From an uncultured Planctomycetota bacterium (GTDB taxonomy: Bacteria; Planctomycetota; Planctomycetia; Gemmatales; Gemmataceae), in NCBI GenBank assembly GCA_963849325.1, contig CAWKHF010000002.1, forward strand, positions 704,001 to 768,000: 64,000 nucleotides of DNA, given 5' to 3'. A program made the translations under genes and the position numbers. Positions 1 through 13,131 of this stretch are shown one piece after another. The stretch's first letter is position 1. Every line of letters begins with the position of its first letter. The notes under the pieces are model-generated. The model had not been told where the DNA came from, ran no database searches, and saw only the letters and a list, made by a program, of their open reading frames with translations.

Positions 1-3126
<3,126 letters not shown>

Positions 3127-3135
3127 CAAGGAAAT

Positions 3136-3189
3136 CCGAGCCGCGAGCGTTAGCGAGCGGGAGCAACACCGCTCGCTAACGCTCGCGGC
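3136..3189. repeat. REP-like palindrome, family B (GCCGCGAGCGTTAGCGAGCGG-loop-inverse); may act as terminator
   Basis: 21-bp perfect inverted arms just after the stop at 3126. Confidence 0.85.
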
Positions 3190-3376
3190 CCTGTCTCGTT
3201 CGCCCAGGCGCGACGGCTGCGGATTTGCCCTTGACTTTCCCTCGCTGCGCGACTAGGTTTCGCCCGCTTTTGTCGGCGAAGAGAGCGCTGCCGGAGCAGG
3301 CGCTCCGGCCGAAGACGCCCGCCACGCAGGGGTTGGGGCGTGGAGTGAACGGACTCACACGGGGGAGGAGAATCCT

Positions 3377-4228
3377 ATGGGCAAGAGGCCCCTGGCTGGT
3401 TTCATCGGCCTATTCGGCGTCGGCATCCTTCTGTCCGCGGGATGCAACACCACCAAATCCAACAACAAACAATCGTTCATGAACGATCGGGCGGACAGCA
3501 GCCTGGGGCTGACCAACAAGGCGATGACCCCGTCGGGCTGGAATAACAAGACGCAGAGCAGCGCCGTCAACAACAGCGGCGGCGCCGGCACTTTCTCGAA
3601 CTCGTCGTCGGCAGGCTCGGCTGGACACGGCTTCGATTCGTCGGCCGGCAGCAGCGATCCGAGCGCCGGGATGAGCGGCCGTACGTCCGGCGCGAGCGGC
3701 TCGGCGGTGCCTCCAGGCAGTCCGATGTCGTCGTCAATGGATGGCGTCAGCGGCCTGCCGAACACCAGTATGAACAACCCAGTCGGCGCGACCCCTGCCA
3801 GTCTGACGAATGGTGCTCCGACGCCTTCCATGCAGATGGCGGGTTCCGACGGCGGCGACGCGAGTTCGTCCGGTATCAAGCGGACCAGCAGCAACCACAT
3901 GACGGACGCGACCGCCGTCACGAACGCGGATTTGCATTCGGTCGCCGATCCCGCTTCCCCCGCAATGGGGATGACCACCTCGACGCGCGCGATGTCCGTG
4001 CCGCCTCCGCCTCCGCTGCCCTCGCCGCCCGCTCCTTCGAGCGGCCCGAGCAGCAAATCGATCGTCCCGTATCCATCGCCGGCCACGTCGTCGTCTGACC
4101 CATCCTCCAGTGCTGCGGATGGCAGCGGCAGTACGCCTCCCGCGCCGACAAGTCCGACGCCCCCCCCGAGCATGACCGGCACGGGCGCGACGAAGCCGTC
4201 GGCGTCTTACCCTCCCTATGTGCAGTAA
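3377..4228 (+). CDS. Ser/Pro-rich low-complexity lipoprotein
   Basis: GGAGGAG RBS; signal peptide with lipobox LSAGC; disordered S/P/G-rich body. Confidence 0.75.
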   Translation: MGKRPLAGFIGLFGVGILLSAGCNTTKSNNKQSFMNDRADSSLGLTNKAMTPSGWNNKTQSSAVNNSGGAGTFSNSSSAGSAGHGFDSSAGSSDPSAGMSGRTSGASGSAVPPGSPMSSSMDGVSGLPNTSMNNPVGATPASLTNGAPTPSMQMAGSDGGDASSSGIKRTSSNHMTDATAVTNADLHSVADPASPAMGMTTSTRAMSVPPPPPLPSPPAPSSGPSSKSIVPYPSPATSSSDPSSSAADGSGSTPPAPTSPTPPPSMTGTGATKPSASYPPYVQ

Positions 4229-4257
4229 TGGAGTGGGAGCCAGCGGGACAAACGCAT

Positions 4258-4310
4258 CCGAGCCTGAAGCGTTAGCGAAGTTGTCGTTCCTTCGCTAACG
4301 CTTCAGGCTC
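4258..4310. repeat. REP-like palindrome, family B variant (GAGCCTGAAGCGTTAGCGAAG)
   Basis: 21-bp inverted arms between convergent genes; near-identical copy at 38114. Confidence 0.85.
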
Positions 4311-4340
4311 AGATAAATACGTTTGGACTATTCCGGCAGT

Positions 4341-5729
4341 TCAAGAATGGTCCGCGTTGCTCGGGCTGCGCATGAGTCCATACTTCTTCATCTTCTTGTA
4401 CAGCGTGACGCGACTGATGCCCAGGGCGTTGGCGGTGTGAACGCGGCTGTAGCCGTGGTTGACCAGGGTGCGCTGAATGATGTTGCGCTCCACCTGTTCG
4501 CGGTTGCGCGACAGCGACTCCGGCCGACCGTGGTCGGCGACGGCGTAGCAGATCGGCCGATGCTCGCGCACCTGCTGCGGCAGATGTTCCATCAGCAATT
4601 CGGGACCGCTGCTGACCAGGACTGCCTGCTGAATGAAGTTCTCCATCTGCCGAATGTTGCCCGGCCAGGGGAACGCCTCCAGGGCGTCCAGCGCCGGTGT
4701 ACTGATGTCGAACAATTCCTTGTGAAACTTGGTGTTGAAGCGCGCCACCAGGGCGCGGACCAGCGGGGCGATGTCCTGCACGCGCTCGCGCAGCGGCGGC
4801 AGATGGAACGACATGACATTGAGGCGGTAGTACAGGTCTTGGCGGAACTTGCCGGCGGAGACGGCCTCCTCCAAGTCCCAGTTGCTGGCCACGATGATGC
4901 GCGCGGTGCAGTGCCGCGTCTCGTTGCTGCCGACCGGCTCGAACTCGCCGGTCTCGATGACGCGCAGCAGTCCGGCCTGCTGCTCCAGGCCGAGCGTGTC
5001 GATCTCGTCGAGCAGAATGGTGCCGTTGCCGGCCGCCTCGAACTTGCCGATCTTGGCGCGATCGGCCCCGGTGAACGCCCCTTTGGCGTGGCCGAAGAAG
5101 GCGCTTTCGACCAGGTTGGCCGGCTGGGCGCCGCAGGGCACGGTCAGAAACGGCTCGGCGTGGCGCGGCGAACAGTCGTGCATCAGGCGAGCCAGGTGCG
5201 TCTTGCCGGTGCCGGTCTCTCCGGTCAACAATACGGTGACATCGTGGGCCGAGGCCAGGGCCAGGCGCTCGACCAACGGCATCAGCGACGGCGTTTGCGT
5301 CAGCAAGCGCCGGCTGATGACCTGCTCTACCGTCTCGACGCCGTCGGCGGCCAGGAAATCATGGACCCGACCGATACGCTCGCGGACCAGCTGCGTCAGG
5401 CGAGCGGCATCATCGGGCCAACGCACACACTGGGCCACGTACTGTTCGAGATCGTCCAGGTCGTCGCCGTCCTCGCCGGCGACGATCATGATGATGGGCG
5501 GCAGCTTGCGGATGTATATTTCGCGCACCAGGCGCAGCACCTGCTCCGACTCGGCGGTGGAAGCCGTGGCCAACAACAACAAACCATCGGTCTCCTGGCC
5601 GATGTGCGTGCGAATGGAAGCGAAAGTACACTGAAAAACGTGCTGTCCGAAGGCTTTCTTCAGGTGGGTCTGAATGCTGCCGGCCAGACGGGGATCGTCG
5701 CTGACCAGGGCGACGCGACTACTGCTCAT
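4341..5729 (-). CDS. Sigma-54-dependent transcriptional activator (NtrC/Fis family) with atypical receiver-like N-terminus
   Basis: Walker A GETGTGKT, GAFTGA, LLDEID, FRQDLYYRLNV, WPGNIRQ, C-terminal HTH ALGISRVTLYKKMKKYG. Confidence 0.93.
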   Translation of the reverse strand: MSSSRVALVSDDPRLAGSIQTHLKKAFGQHVFQCTFASIRTHIGQETDGLLLLATASTAESEQVLRLVREIYIRKLPPIIMIVAGEDGDDLDDLEQYVAQCVRWPDDAARLTQLVRERIGRVHDFLAADGVETVEQVISRRLLTQTPSLMPLVERLALASAHDVTVLLTGETGTGKTHLARLMHDCSPRHAEPFLTVPCGAQPANLVESAFFGHAKGAFTGADRAKIGKFEAAGNGTILLDEIDTLGLEQQAGLLRVIETGEFEPVGSNETRHCTARIIVASNWDLEEAVSAGKFRQDLYYRLNVMSFHLPPLRERVQDIAPLVRALVARFNTKFHKELFDISTPALDALEAFPWPGNIRQMENFIQQAVLVSSGPELLMEHLPQQVREHRPICYAVADHGRPESLSRNREQVERNIIQRTLVNHGYSRVHTANALGISRVTLYKKMKKYGLMRSPSNADHS

Positions 5730-6145
5730 CGGCGTATCTCCCTACCGCCTGCTTCCGGGCGAGGCTAGGGAGCCTCCGGGCCAGGGAGATGGCGGTGGTG
5801 TTTCCGTGGTGTAATCGGAGGGCCGCCATCCTCAAACGGCCCCGAGCAATCCACACAGGGAGGGAGGCGAGCGAAGGCAGACGTGGCTTCGCGCCGGGGA
5901 TGCCCGTCCGGTGAGACATCCCGCTATCCAGGCGTGTGCTTCCTTCACGGTCCCGTAGGCCAGCAAAACGCGGCTGGCCCCTCGTCGAGAGCTTTAATGT
6001 AGGTTCCTTCGCTGTGTCTGTCAAGAAAAACTTTCTGGAGACTTTGGGTTATCTGGGCAATTTGTCTCGTGATGGCCCTGTATCGGGTTGCAGCGTCTAA
6101 ACTAGCATTGGTCCAATTGCGGCCCTTGTCAAGAATGCGGCGATT

Positions 6146-6206
6146 CGTTTAGCCGCGACGCGCAGCGGAGCGCGTGCCGCGCTCCGCTGCGCGTCGCGGC
6201 TAAACG
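6146..6206. repeat. REP-like palindrome, family A (GTTTAGCCGCGACGCGCAGCGGAGCGCG-loop-inverse)
   Basis: Near-perfect hairpin; 5 copies in the window. Confidence 0.9.
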
Positions 6207-6241
6207 GAGAGGAAAGGCGATACCGTCATCGAGCACATAGT

Positions 6242-7828
6242 TTAGCGGGCGGACTTGACCGTTTTCGGCCTCGTGACCATGGGGAAGTCATCGGTGCGGA
6301 ACGGCGAGGCGGGCAGGCCGTCCTTGTTCCACAGGTTGACGACCGGACAGTTGGCCCAGCCGTAGCGCACCGCGACCGGCTGCGTCACCTGGTCACTCCA
6401 GACGAGGACCATATCGCCCTGGATCTCGGCCTTGGCGTTGTAAAACTTCTTGTCCTCGCCGGCGATCGTGAAGCCTTGCAGCGATCCGTCCTTCGCTTCC
6501 AGCCCCTTGCCGACGTGCTTAAAGTGCAGCACCGCCTTGCCGTCCTTGACCGTCATCTTGTCGTAGACCGGGCCGGAATACTCGATCTTCTCGCCGTAGG
6601 CGATGCCGCGCGCGGCCAGGGCCAACCGAGCGCCGACCGGCTCCTTCTTGCGCGGATGGATGTCCTTGGGATCGCCCACGTCGGTGATGACGGCCATGCC
6701 GGTGTTCTTCAGATGCTGGCTCGTCAGCAGCTGCGCCTCGCGCAGCTCGGCCCAGGCGCTCTCCTGCGGCTCGGAGACGATGGGCATGAACGGCGCCAGC
6801 TGCACGAACAGAAAGGGGAAGTCGCCCTCTTTCCAGCTGTCGCGCCAGCTTTGGATCATGGTGGGAAACAGCTTGCGGTACTGGTACGCTTGGCCGGCGT
6901 TGGACTCGCCCTGATACCAGATGGCGCCCTTGATGGCGTAGGGTTGCAGCGGGTGAATCATGGCGTTGTAGAGGGTCGCGGGGGCGTCTTGAGGCCGGGG
7001 ACCGGGGGTCCGGGCGCGGGCGGCGGCTTTCTTGCCTTCTTCCTTGGCCTTCTTCATGGCCTGTTTGTACTTTTCCAGATCGTCCTTGTACTTTTCCAGC
7101 GCCTTGCCGGAGTTGGCCTTGGCCTTTTCGTAGTTGGCGATTTCATCCCGCAATTCCGCGTCCGCTTCGAGGGCGGGCCGAGTGGTCCACGCCTCGGCGC
7201 GGGTGCCGCCCCACGAGGTGTGAATCAAGCCCACGGGTACGTCGAGGGCCTTTTGCAGATCGCGGCCGAAGTAATAGCCGACCGCGGTGAAGCCGGCCAC
7301 CGTCTCCGGTTTGCACTCCTGCCATTCGGCCTTCACCTCCGTCAGCGGCTTGTCCGACGTCTTCTTCGGCACCGTGAACAGCCGGATCTTGGGGTTGGCG
7401 GATTTTTCGATGGCCTCCTTGCCGTTATGGGCGGCGCGGAGCGACCACTCCATGTTGGACTGGCCGCTGCAAACCCACACCTCGCCGACGTAGACGTCCT
7501 TGAGGGTGATGGTGTTCTTGCCCTGGATGGTCAGCGTGTACGGCCCGCCGGCCATTTCCGAACCGACCTGGACCGTCACGCGCCACTTGCCATCCTGGTC
7601 GGCCGTGGCGGACGCGCTGGCACTGGCACTCGCATTCCTCTTCACGACCGCGAACGTCACGGAGACCTGCTCTCCCGGATCGGCCGTGCCCCAGATGGGG
7701 CATTTCATGCCTCGTTGCAGGACCAGGCCGTCGGTGAAAAGTGCATGGGGTTTCACGTCAGCGCGGGCGGGCTGGCCCGCCAAACAGACGGCAATCAATG
7801 CTCCAGCGCTCCAGAGGCGTTGCTTCAT
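6242..7828 (-). CDS. Sialate O-acetylesterase (SASA/SGNH family), secreted
   Basis: GEVWVCSGQSNM, IWYQGESN, DIHP and VRYGW motifs; signal peptide. Confidence 0.92.
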   Translation of the reverse strand: MKQRLWSAGALIAVCLAGQPARADVKPHALFTDGLVLQRGMKCPIWGTADPGEQVSVTFAVVKRNASASASASATADQDGKWRVTVQVGSEMAGGPYTLTIQGKNTITLKDVYVGEVWVCSGQSNMEWSLRAAHNGKEAIEKSANPKIRLFTVPKKTSDKPLTEVKAEWQECKPETVAGFTAVGYYFGRDLQKALDVPVGLIHTSWGGTRAEAWTTRPALEADAELRDEIANYEKAKANSGKALEKYKDDLEKYKQAMKKAKEEGKKAAARARTPGPRPQDAPATLYNAMIHPLQPYAIKGAIWYQGESNAGQAYQYRKLFPTMIQSWRDSWKEGDFPFLFVQLAPFMPIVSEPQESAWAELREAQLLTSQHLKNTGMAVITDVGDPKDIHPRKKEPVGARLALAARGIAYGEKIEYSGPVYDKMTVKDGKAVLHFKHVGKGLEAKDGSLQGFTIAGEDKKFYNAKAEIQGDMVLVWSDQVTQPVAVRYGWANCPVVNLWNKDGLPASPFRTDDFPMVTRPKTVKSAR

Positions 7829-7930
7829 GATGAGTCTCCTTGTGGTTGGCTACCCCTTTGACGAACAGGATCGTACCATGACAGGAGGACGCTTGCATTG
7901 GTTTTTCGCGGATCATTTCCGGAGGCTGCC

Positions 7931-9148
7931 GTGACCTCAATACGCTGCTGCACCGTGCTGGCGGGGACCGGGATTCTCTTCGTCGGACTGCTGAGCCTGG
8001 CGACCGCGCCCGCCGAGACCTGCCTGTCGCCGTTCGTCAAACGCCTGGACCGGCCGGAGAAATACCTGTACGTCTTCTGCGTCGATGCCGACGCCAAGGA
8101 CAACGACTTTCTCGCCGTCCTCGACGTGGACGCCAAATCGCCGAGCTATGGCCGCATCCTGCACCAGCTCGACCTCGGCTCGGCGGGCAACGAAACGCAC
8201 CACTTCGGTTTCACCGACGACCGCACGCATATTTGGGGTTGCAGTCTGTTTTCCAACCGCGTTTTTGTCATCGACGTGTCCGCCGACCCGGCCCGGCCGA
8301 AATTGGTCAAGACGTTCGATTCCTCGGAGAAAACCGGCCTGACCGGCCCGCACTCGCCGTACGCCCTGCCCGGCCGCATGCTGGTGAGCTACCTCGGCGG
8401 CAAGGACGGCGGCCTGCCGGCGGGACTGGCCGAGTTCGACAACGACGGCACCTTCATCCGCAAATTGCCCTTCCCCAAGGATGCGCCGTATGGCTACGAC
8501 GTGGCCATCCAGCCCGACCACAATCGCATGGTCACGTCCAGCTTCACGCCGCCGGAGAACTATCGCAAGCCGATGGCGAAGATGGATCTCAAGCACTTCG
8601 GCGACAAGCTCCTGGTCTGGGACTTCCGCGCCCGCAAGGTACTGGCCTCCCTGAAGACCGGCCTGGCGCCGCTCGAATGCCGCTGGTCGCTGAAGGAGGG
8701 CGCCAATCACGGCTACTGCAACTGTGCGCTGGATAACTCGCTGTGGGTCTGGGAGGGCGGGGACGGGAATCGGTACACGGCGCGCAAGCTGTGCGACACC
8801 GGCAAACTGCCGGCCGACCTCAGTCAGTCGCCCGATGGTCGTTTCCTGTTCGTCAGCTGTTTCCTATCCGACGAGGTCCAGCAGTGGGACGTTAGCGATC
8901 TTAAAAAGCCTCATCTGGTCAGCACGGTCAAGCCCGGCGTGCAGCCGAACATGCTGCATCTGACCGGCGATGGCCGCCGCATGTACGTCACCAACTCGCT
9001 CCTGAGCACGATGGACCGTTCCGAGGATTTCTGGGTGCGTCTCATCCGCATCGGCCCCGACGGCATGACGATGGACCCGAAGTTCCGGGTCGATCTGGCG
9101 AAGTTCCAGACGGGACCGGCGCGCGGTCACGACATGCTGCTGTATTGA
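7931..9148 (+). CDS. Selenium-binding protein (SBP56) / methanethiol oxidase family beta-propeller, exported
   Basis: GTG start after GGAGG; ETCLSPF, DFLAVLDVD..SPSYGRI, GNETHHFG, GPHS, YGYD and YVTNSLLS motifs. Confidence 0.85.
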   Translation: MTSIRCCTVLAGTGILFVGLLSLATAPAETCLSPFVKRLDRPEKYLYVFCVDADAKDNDFLAVLDVDAKSPSYGRILHQLDLGSAGNETHHFGFTDDRTHIWGCSLFSNRVFVIDVSADPARPKLVKTFDSSEKTGLTGPHSPYALPGRMLVSYLGGKDGGLPAGLAEFDNDGTFIRKLPFPKDAPYGYDVAIQPDHNRMVTSSFTPPENYRKPMAKMDLKHFGDKLLVWDFRARKVLASLKTGLAPLECRWSLKEGANHGYCNCALDNSLWVWEGGDGNRYTARKLCDTGKLPADLSQSPDGRFLFVSCFLSDEVQQWDVSDLKKPHLVSTVKPGVQPNMLHLTGDGRRMYVTNSLLSTMDRSEDFWVRLIRIGPDGMTMDPKFRVDLAKFQTGPARGHDMLLY

Positions 9149-9172
9149 TATTCGCGCCCGTTGACGGTGAAT

Positions 9173-9239
9173 CGTTTAGCCGCGACGCGCAGCGGAGCGC
9201 GGGAGTCTCCCGCGCTCCGCTGCGCGTCGCGGCTAAACG
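9173..9239. repeat. REP-like palindrome, family A
   Basis: Same arms as the 6146 copy with a different loop; lies between SBP56 and SCO genes. Confidence 0.9.
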
Positions 9240-9249
9240 GAGAGGAACC

Positions 9250-9837
9250 ATGATCTCCTTCACCTGGGTCTTTCTCGCCGCGATGTTGCCCGTCGGTTCG
9301 GGAGCCGACGATTCGCGCCTGGCTGTCATCCGCACGCCTGCCGACTTCACCCTGACGAACCAGGACGGCAAGCCGTTCCGCCTTGCCGACCTGCGCGGCA
9401 AGGTGGTGCTGGTCAGCTTCATCTTCACCACCTGCAACGGCACCTGCCCCGCCACGACACATCGCATGGCCCAGGCGGCTCAGGCGCTGGCCGGAGATCG
9501 GCTCACGGACAAGGTACACCTGTTGTCGATCACGCTCGATCCGGCCCGCGATCAGCCCGCGGCGCTGCGTTGTTACATGCGCCTGTACGACGTGAATGCG
9601 AAACACTGGACGTTCCTGACCGGCTCCCCAAAGCAAATCGCCAAGGTGCTGTCCGACTGGGGCATGTGGGTCCGCCCGGGGACGGCCGGTCAGCTCGATC
9701 ATCCCTCGCGGGTCTTCCTGCTCGACAAGCGCGGGCGCGTCCGTGAAATATACAATCTCGAATATTTCCGCCCCGCCTGGGTGCGCGAGGACGTGCGGTC
9801 CTTGCTGTCGGAAGTCGGCGAACGGACCCAACCATGA
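9250..9837 (+). CDS. SCO1/SenC family copper chaperone
   Basis: [14 protein letters not shown] (CxxxC), ITLDPARD, conserved His in [14 protein letters not shown] at 9250 after GAGGA. Confidence 0.9.
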   Translation: MISFTWVFLAAMLPVGSGADDSRLAVIRTPADFTLTNQDGKPFRLADLRGKVVLVSFIFTTCNGTCPATTHRMAQAAQALAGDRLTDKVHLLSITLDPARDQPAALRCYMRLYDVNAKHWTFLTGSPKQIAKVLSDWGMWVRPGTAGQLDHPSRVFLLDKRGRVREIYNLEYFRPAWVREDVRSLLSEVGERTQP

Positions 9838-10310
9838 CGGAACTCTCGCACTTTGACGAGCACGGCGCCTCGCGCATGGTGGACACCAGCGCCAAGCCGG
9901 AGACGCTGCGCCAGGCCAGGGCCAGCGGCCTGGTGCGCATGGCGCCAGCCACCCTCGCCCTCATCCGTGACCGCGGCATGGCCAAGGGCGACGTCCTCGA
10001 AGTCGCTCGCCTGGCCGGCATCATGGCCGCCAAACGTACCGGCGATCTCATCCCCCTGTGCCATCCTCTCCCCATCACCAGCGCCACGGTCGATTTCACC
10101 TTCGCCGGCGACGACTTGCTGCACATCGAGGCGACGGTGCGCGTCTTCGGCCGTACCGGCGTCGAGATGGAGGCGCTGACCGCCGTCAGTGCCGCCGCCC
10201 TCACCGTCTACGACATGTGCAAGGCCGTCGATCGTGTTATGACCATCGAGCGCATCCGGTTGGAAGAGAAGAGCGGCGGCCGCAGCGGCACCTTCCGGCG
10301 CGACGATTGA
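9834..10310 (+). CDS. moaC: Cyclic pyranopterin monophosphate synthase MoaC
   Basis: [49 protein letters not shown]. Confidence 0.97.
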   Translation: MTELSHFDEHGASRMVDTSAKPETLRQARASGLVRMAPATLALIRDRGMAKGDVLEVARLAGIMAAKRTGDLIPLCHPLPITSATVDFTFAGDDLLHIEATVRVFGRTGVEMEALTAVSAAALTVYDMCKAVDRVMTIERIRLEEKSGGRSGTFRRDD

Positions 10311-10368
10311 CGCTGCCCCGGCCGGCGCATAAGTATTCAACGGGGATTGAACGTTCTGAAACCTCTCG

Positions 10369-10418
10369 CCGAGCCGCGAGCGAGCCAATTGCGCGTTTCG
10401 CTCGCGCTCGCGGCTCGG
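10369..10418. repeat. Degenerate REP-like palindrome, family B
   Basis: CCGAGCCGCGAGCG...CGCTCGCGGCTCGG arms. Confidence 0.6.
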
Positions 10419-10431
10419 TGGTGGACCTGTC

Positions 10432-11436
10432 ATGAATCCCGTCACGCTGGCCGTACCGCCGTTGGCCGCCTCGGAGCTGGACCCGTTCGCTCCGATTGCG
10501 GCCGATCTGGAAGAAGTCGAGCACATCCTGGCCCTCGTCCTGAAGAACAAGCATCCCCGCGTCGCCGAGGTTGTCGATCACGTCCACCACTATCGCGGCA
10601 AACGGCTGCGGCCGATGCTGCTGCTCTTGACGGCCCGCGCCTGCGGTCGGGTCACTCCGGCCCATCACGTCCTCGGCGCCGTGGTCGAGATGATCCACAC
10701 GGCCACACTGGTCCATGACGACGTGCTCGACGGTGCTCGCGTCCGCCGCCGCGTGGCGACGGTCAACGCCGTTTGGGGCGTGCAGACGAGCGTCCTGCTC
10801 GGCGATTACCTGTTCACGCACGCCTTCCACCTGGCCAGCACGCTCGACGACGTTCGCGCCTGCCGGCTGATCGGCGCCGCCACCGATCGCGTCTGCGAGG
10901 GCGAACTGTGTCAGGTGCTGCAGCGCGGCAACCTGGAGCTGAGCGAGGCGGAATACTTCGACATCATCGACGGCAAGACGGCGGAGTTGACCGCGTGCTG
11001 CTGTCACCTGGGCGCACTGTACAGCGGCGCCGCGCCGGACGTCGTGCAGGCGTTGTCTCGTTATGGGCGCTGCGTGGGACTGGCGTTCCAGATCGCCGAC
11101 GATCTGCTCGACCTGGTCGGCGAGGAGAAGACGACCGGCAAATCGCTGGGCACCGACGTGGAGCAGCAGAAGTTGACACTGCCGCTGATTCACCTGCTCC
11201 GCCACGGTGGCGATGGGTTGGCCGCGCGGGTGCGTCAGATATTGGGCAGTCCCGGCAACCACAAGCGCGAGGCGCTGCGGCCGTATCTCGTCGAAGGCGG
11301 CGCCGTGGCGTATGCTCGCCAACGAGCCGAGGAACTGGCCGCGCAGGCCCGCGCCGAGCTGGTTGGTCTGCCGCCGTCGCTGTGTCGCTCCGTGCTCGAA
11401 GCCGTGACGGAGCGCGTCGTCCACCGCAATGCCTGA
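10432..11436 (+). CDS. ispB: Trans-polyprenyl diphosphate synthase (IspB/HepT-like)
   Basis: GKRLRP, HDDVLD (FARM), GKTA, FQIADDLLD (SARM), GKSLGTD. Confidence 0.85.
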   Translation: MNPVTLAVPPLAASELDPFAPIAADLEEVEHILALVLKNKHPRVAEVVDHVHHYRGKRLRPMLLLLTARACGRVTPAHHVLGAVVEMIHTATLVHDDVLDGARVRRRVATVNAVWGVQTSVLLGDYLFTHAFHLASTLDDVRACRLIGAATDRVCEGELCQVLQRGNLELSEAEYFDIIDGKTAELTACCCHLGALYSGAAPDVVQALSRYGRCVGLAFQIADDLLDLVGEEKTTGKSLGTDVEQQKLTLPLIHLLRHGGDGLAARVRQILGSPGNHKREALRPYLVEGGAVAYARQRAEELAAQARAELVGLPPSLCRSVLEAVTERVVHRNA

Positions 11437-11480
11437 CGTGCTGCTCGCCCGAGTCCAGAGCACGAGACATTGGAGTCCGT

Positions 11481-13070
11481 TCAGGGGGCGGCTGCGGGTC
11501 GCTTGTTTAGACGGGCGAGAGACGCCTTGGCATCCTGCGTCAGTCGCGCCTCCGGGAAACCCTTGGTCAGTTCCGCCAGCAGTCGGCGAGCCTCGGCGTT
11601 GCCAATGTGTTCGAGCACTTCCAGAGCACGCAGTTGCTGCAAGTCTCGGGATGGCAAGGTCGTTTTCCGGCGCTCGATTTCTTCCAGGATGGAGGACACT
11701 CGTTGGCGCACCTCCGCCGTTGGCCGTGCGGCTAGCACGCGCCGCAGCGCACCCTCTGCCAGTACGCCGCACTTCGTTAACTCTGCGCTCGCCGTCTGCC
11801 GCGTGGCGAAGGCGTCGCTGTCCAGGTCGGCCAGCCAGCCCTCGATCTTGTGGCTCAGGGATTCGGAGAGGACGACAGGTTGCAGATGCTGACGCAGCAA
11901 TGGCAGCGTTTGCGGCGGCGAGGCAATCAAGGTGCGGATGGCGCGGTAAGCAACGACCGCATCTTCTCCTGCCAGCATGGACCATAGGCGGGCCAATTCC
12001 GCCGTGTCTGGCGGCTTCGTCTTGATGGCAATCACGTCCCAGAAGTTGATGATGTCGCCGTCCGTTGTGACGAGAGTGTGGCCGTCTGGGCTAAAGGCCA
12101 ATCCCCCCCAGACGATCCCATAATCCGTGTCAGGGGCCATTCGCTCCCGGCCGGTAGCGGTCTCCCATAGATGGACCTCGCGATGTCGAGCCGAGGTCAC
12201 CAAGGTTCGGCCATCGGGACTGAATGCGATGGAGGTGCGGCGGACCCTTCTGTTGTCAGGCTTCTGAAGAATACCTTTCGCACTCCTCGTTTTCACATCC
12301 CATAGCTTTACAGCTGCGCTTAATGACACGGCTGCCAACGTCCGTCCATCCGGGGAGAAGGTGATATTCCAGTAAGAACCCGCTGGCCCCTCATCCTTGA
12401 GCGTGTCGATTGTTGCGCCGGTTTCAGCGTCGCAGAGAAAAATATCCGAACGGAATCCAGCACTTACCGCCAGCGTCTTGCCATCCGGAGAAGAGGCTAC
12501 GTGGTACGGGTCGGGGTGACGGATCGGAAGTTTCACGCGGACTGTGCGCGCTAGCGGTTTCCAAACGATCAACCCTCCAAGTCTATCGCTGGGATCGCAA
12601 GTCGCAATCGCCAGCGACTTGCCGTCCGGGATAAAAGCCAGGGAGACTAACAGCGCGTAGGGAGCGGGTTCACCAACCCTGGCAAGCTCCTTGCCATTGG
12701 CGGCATTCAGGAGCCGGACGACGCCATCCGCGCTTCCCAGCGCGATCGTCTTGCCATCTGGAGCGAAGGCAACACAAATCACGCTATCCTTCGGTCCTCT
12801 TGTGTTCAAGGTCCGCCGTTCCTCTCCGTTAACCACGTCCCATAATCTGACCGGCCGGTGCCCGTCCGTGACGGCGAGGAGCTTCCCGTCGGGGCTGAAT
12901 GCCAGTTCATGAGAATAACGGCGGTATTCGTTCAAAGTGAGCCGCAGCTTTATCTCCTCAGCAAACCCATACGGCGCACCACCCCGATGGAGCAGAGCAA
13001 CCACCCCAAGCATCGACAGTCCGAGGATGCTTCGCCATCGCCGGATATGTGTCGGTAGATTGTGAATCAT
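11481..13070 (-). CDS. WD40-repeat protein with planctomycete-type helical C-terminus
   Basis: Repeated AFSPDGK/R...LWD units; C-terminal RALEVLEHIG...LTQDAKASLARL. Confidence 0.85.
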   Translation of the reverse strand: MIHNLPTHIRRWRSILGLSMLGVVALLHRGGAPYGFAEEIKLRLTLNEYRRYSHELAFSPDGKLLAVTDGHRPVRLWDVVNGEERRTLNTRGPKDSVICVAFAPDGKTIALGSADGVVRLLNAANGKELARVGEPAPYALLVSLAFIPDGKSLAIATCDPSDRLGGLIVWKPLARTVRVKLPIRHPDPYHVASSPDGKTLAVSAGFRSDIFLCDAETGATIDTLKDEGPAGSYWNITFSPDGRTLAAVSLSAAVKLWDVKTRSAKGILQKPDNRRVRRTSIAFSPDGRTLVTSARHREVHLWETATGRERMAPDTDYGIVWGGLAFSPDGHTLVTTDGDIINFWDVIAIKTKPPDTAELARLWSMLAGEDAVVAYRAIRTLIASPPQTLPLLRQHLQPVVLSESLSHKIEGWLADLDSDAFATRQTASAELTKCGVLAEGALRRVLAARPTAEVRQRVSSILEEIERRKTTLPSRDLQQLRALEVLEHIGNAEARRLLAELTKGFPEARLTQDAKASLARLNKRPAAAP

Positions 13071-13131
13071 GACGCCACGGACCTCCCAAGCCGAACAAAA
13101 CCCTACTCATTCAACGCCCCGGTAGTCTTCC

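Noticed and set aside
9145-9249. N-terminal extension of the SCO ORF (FSRDAQRSA...)
   Set aside because: It is translated REP sequence; the real start is ATG 9250.
10432-11436. Polyprenyl synthase as part of the terpene cluster
   Set aside because: It is 8 kb away, follows moaC, and looks like the housekeeping long-chain quinone enzyme.
11430-11490. Possible degenerate attC after the WD40 gene, with GTTCGGC before its start at about 13100
   Set aside because: Only the end boxes resemble attC; there is no convincing internal pairing.
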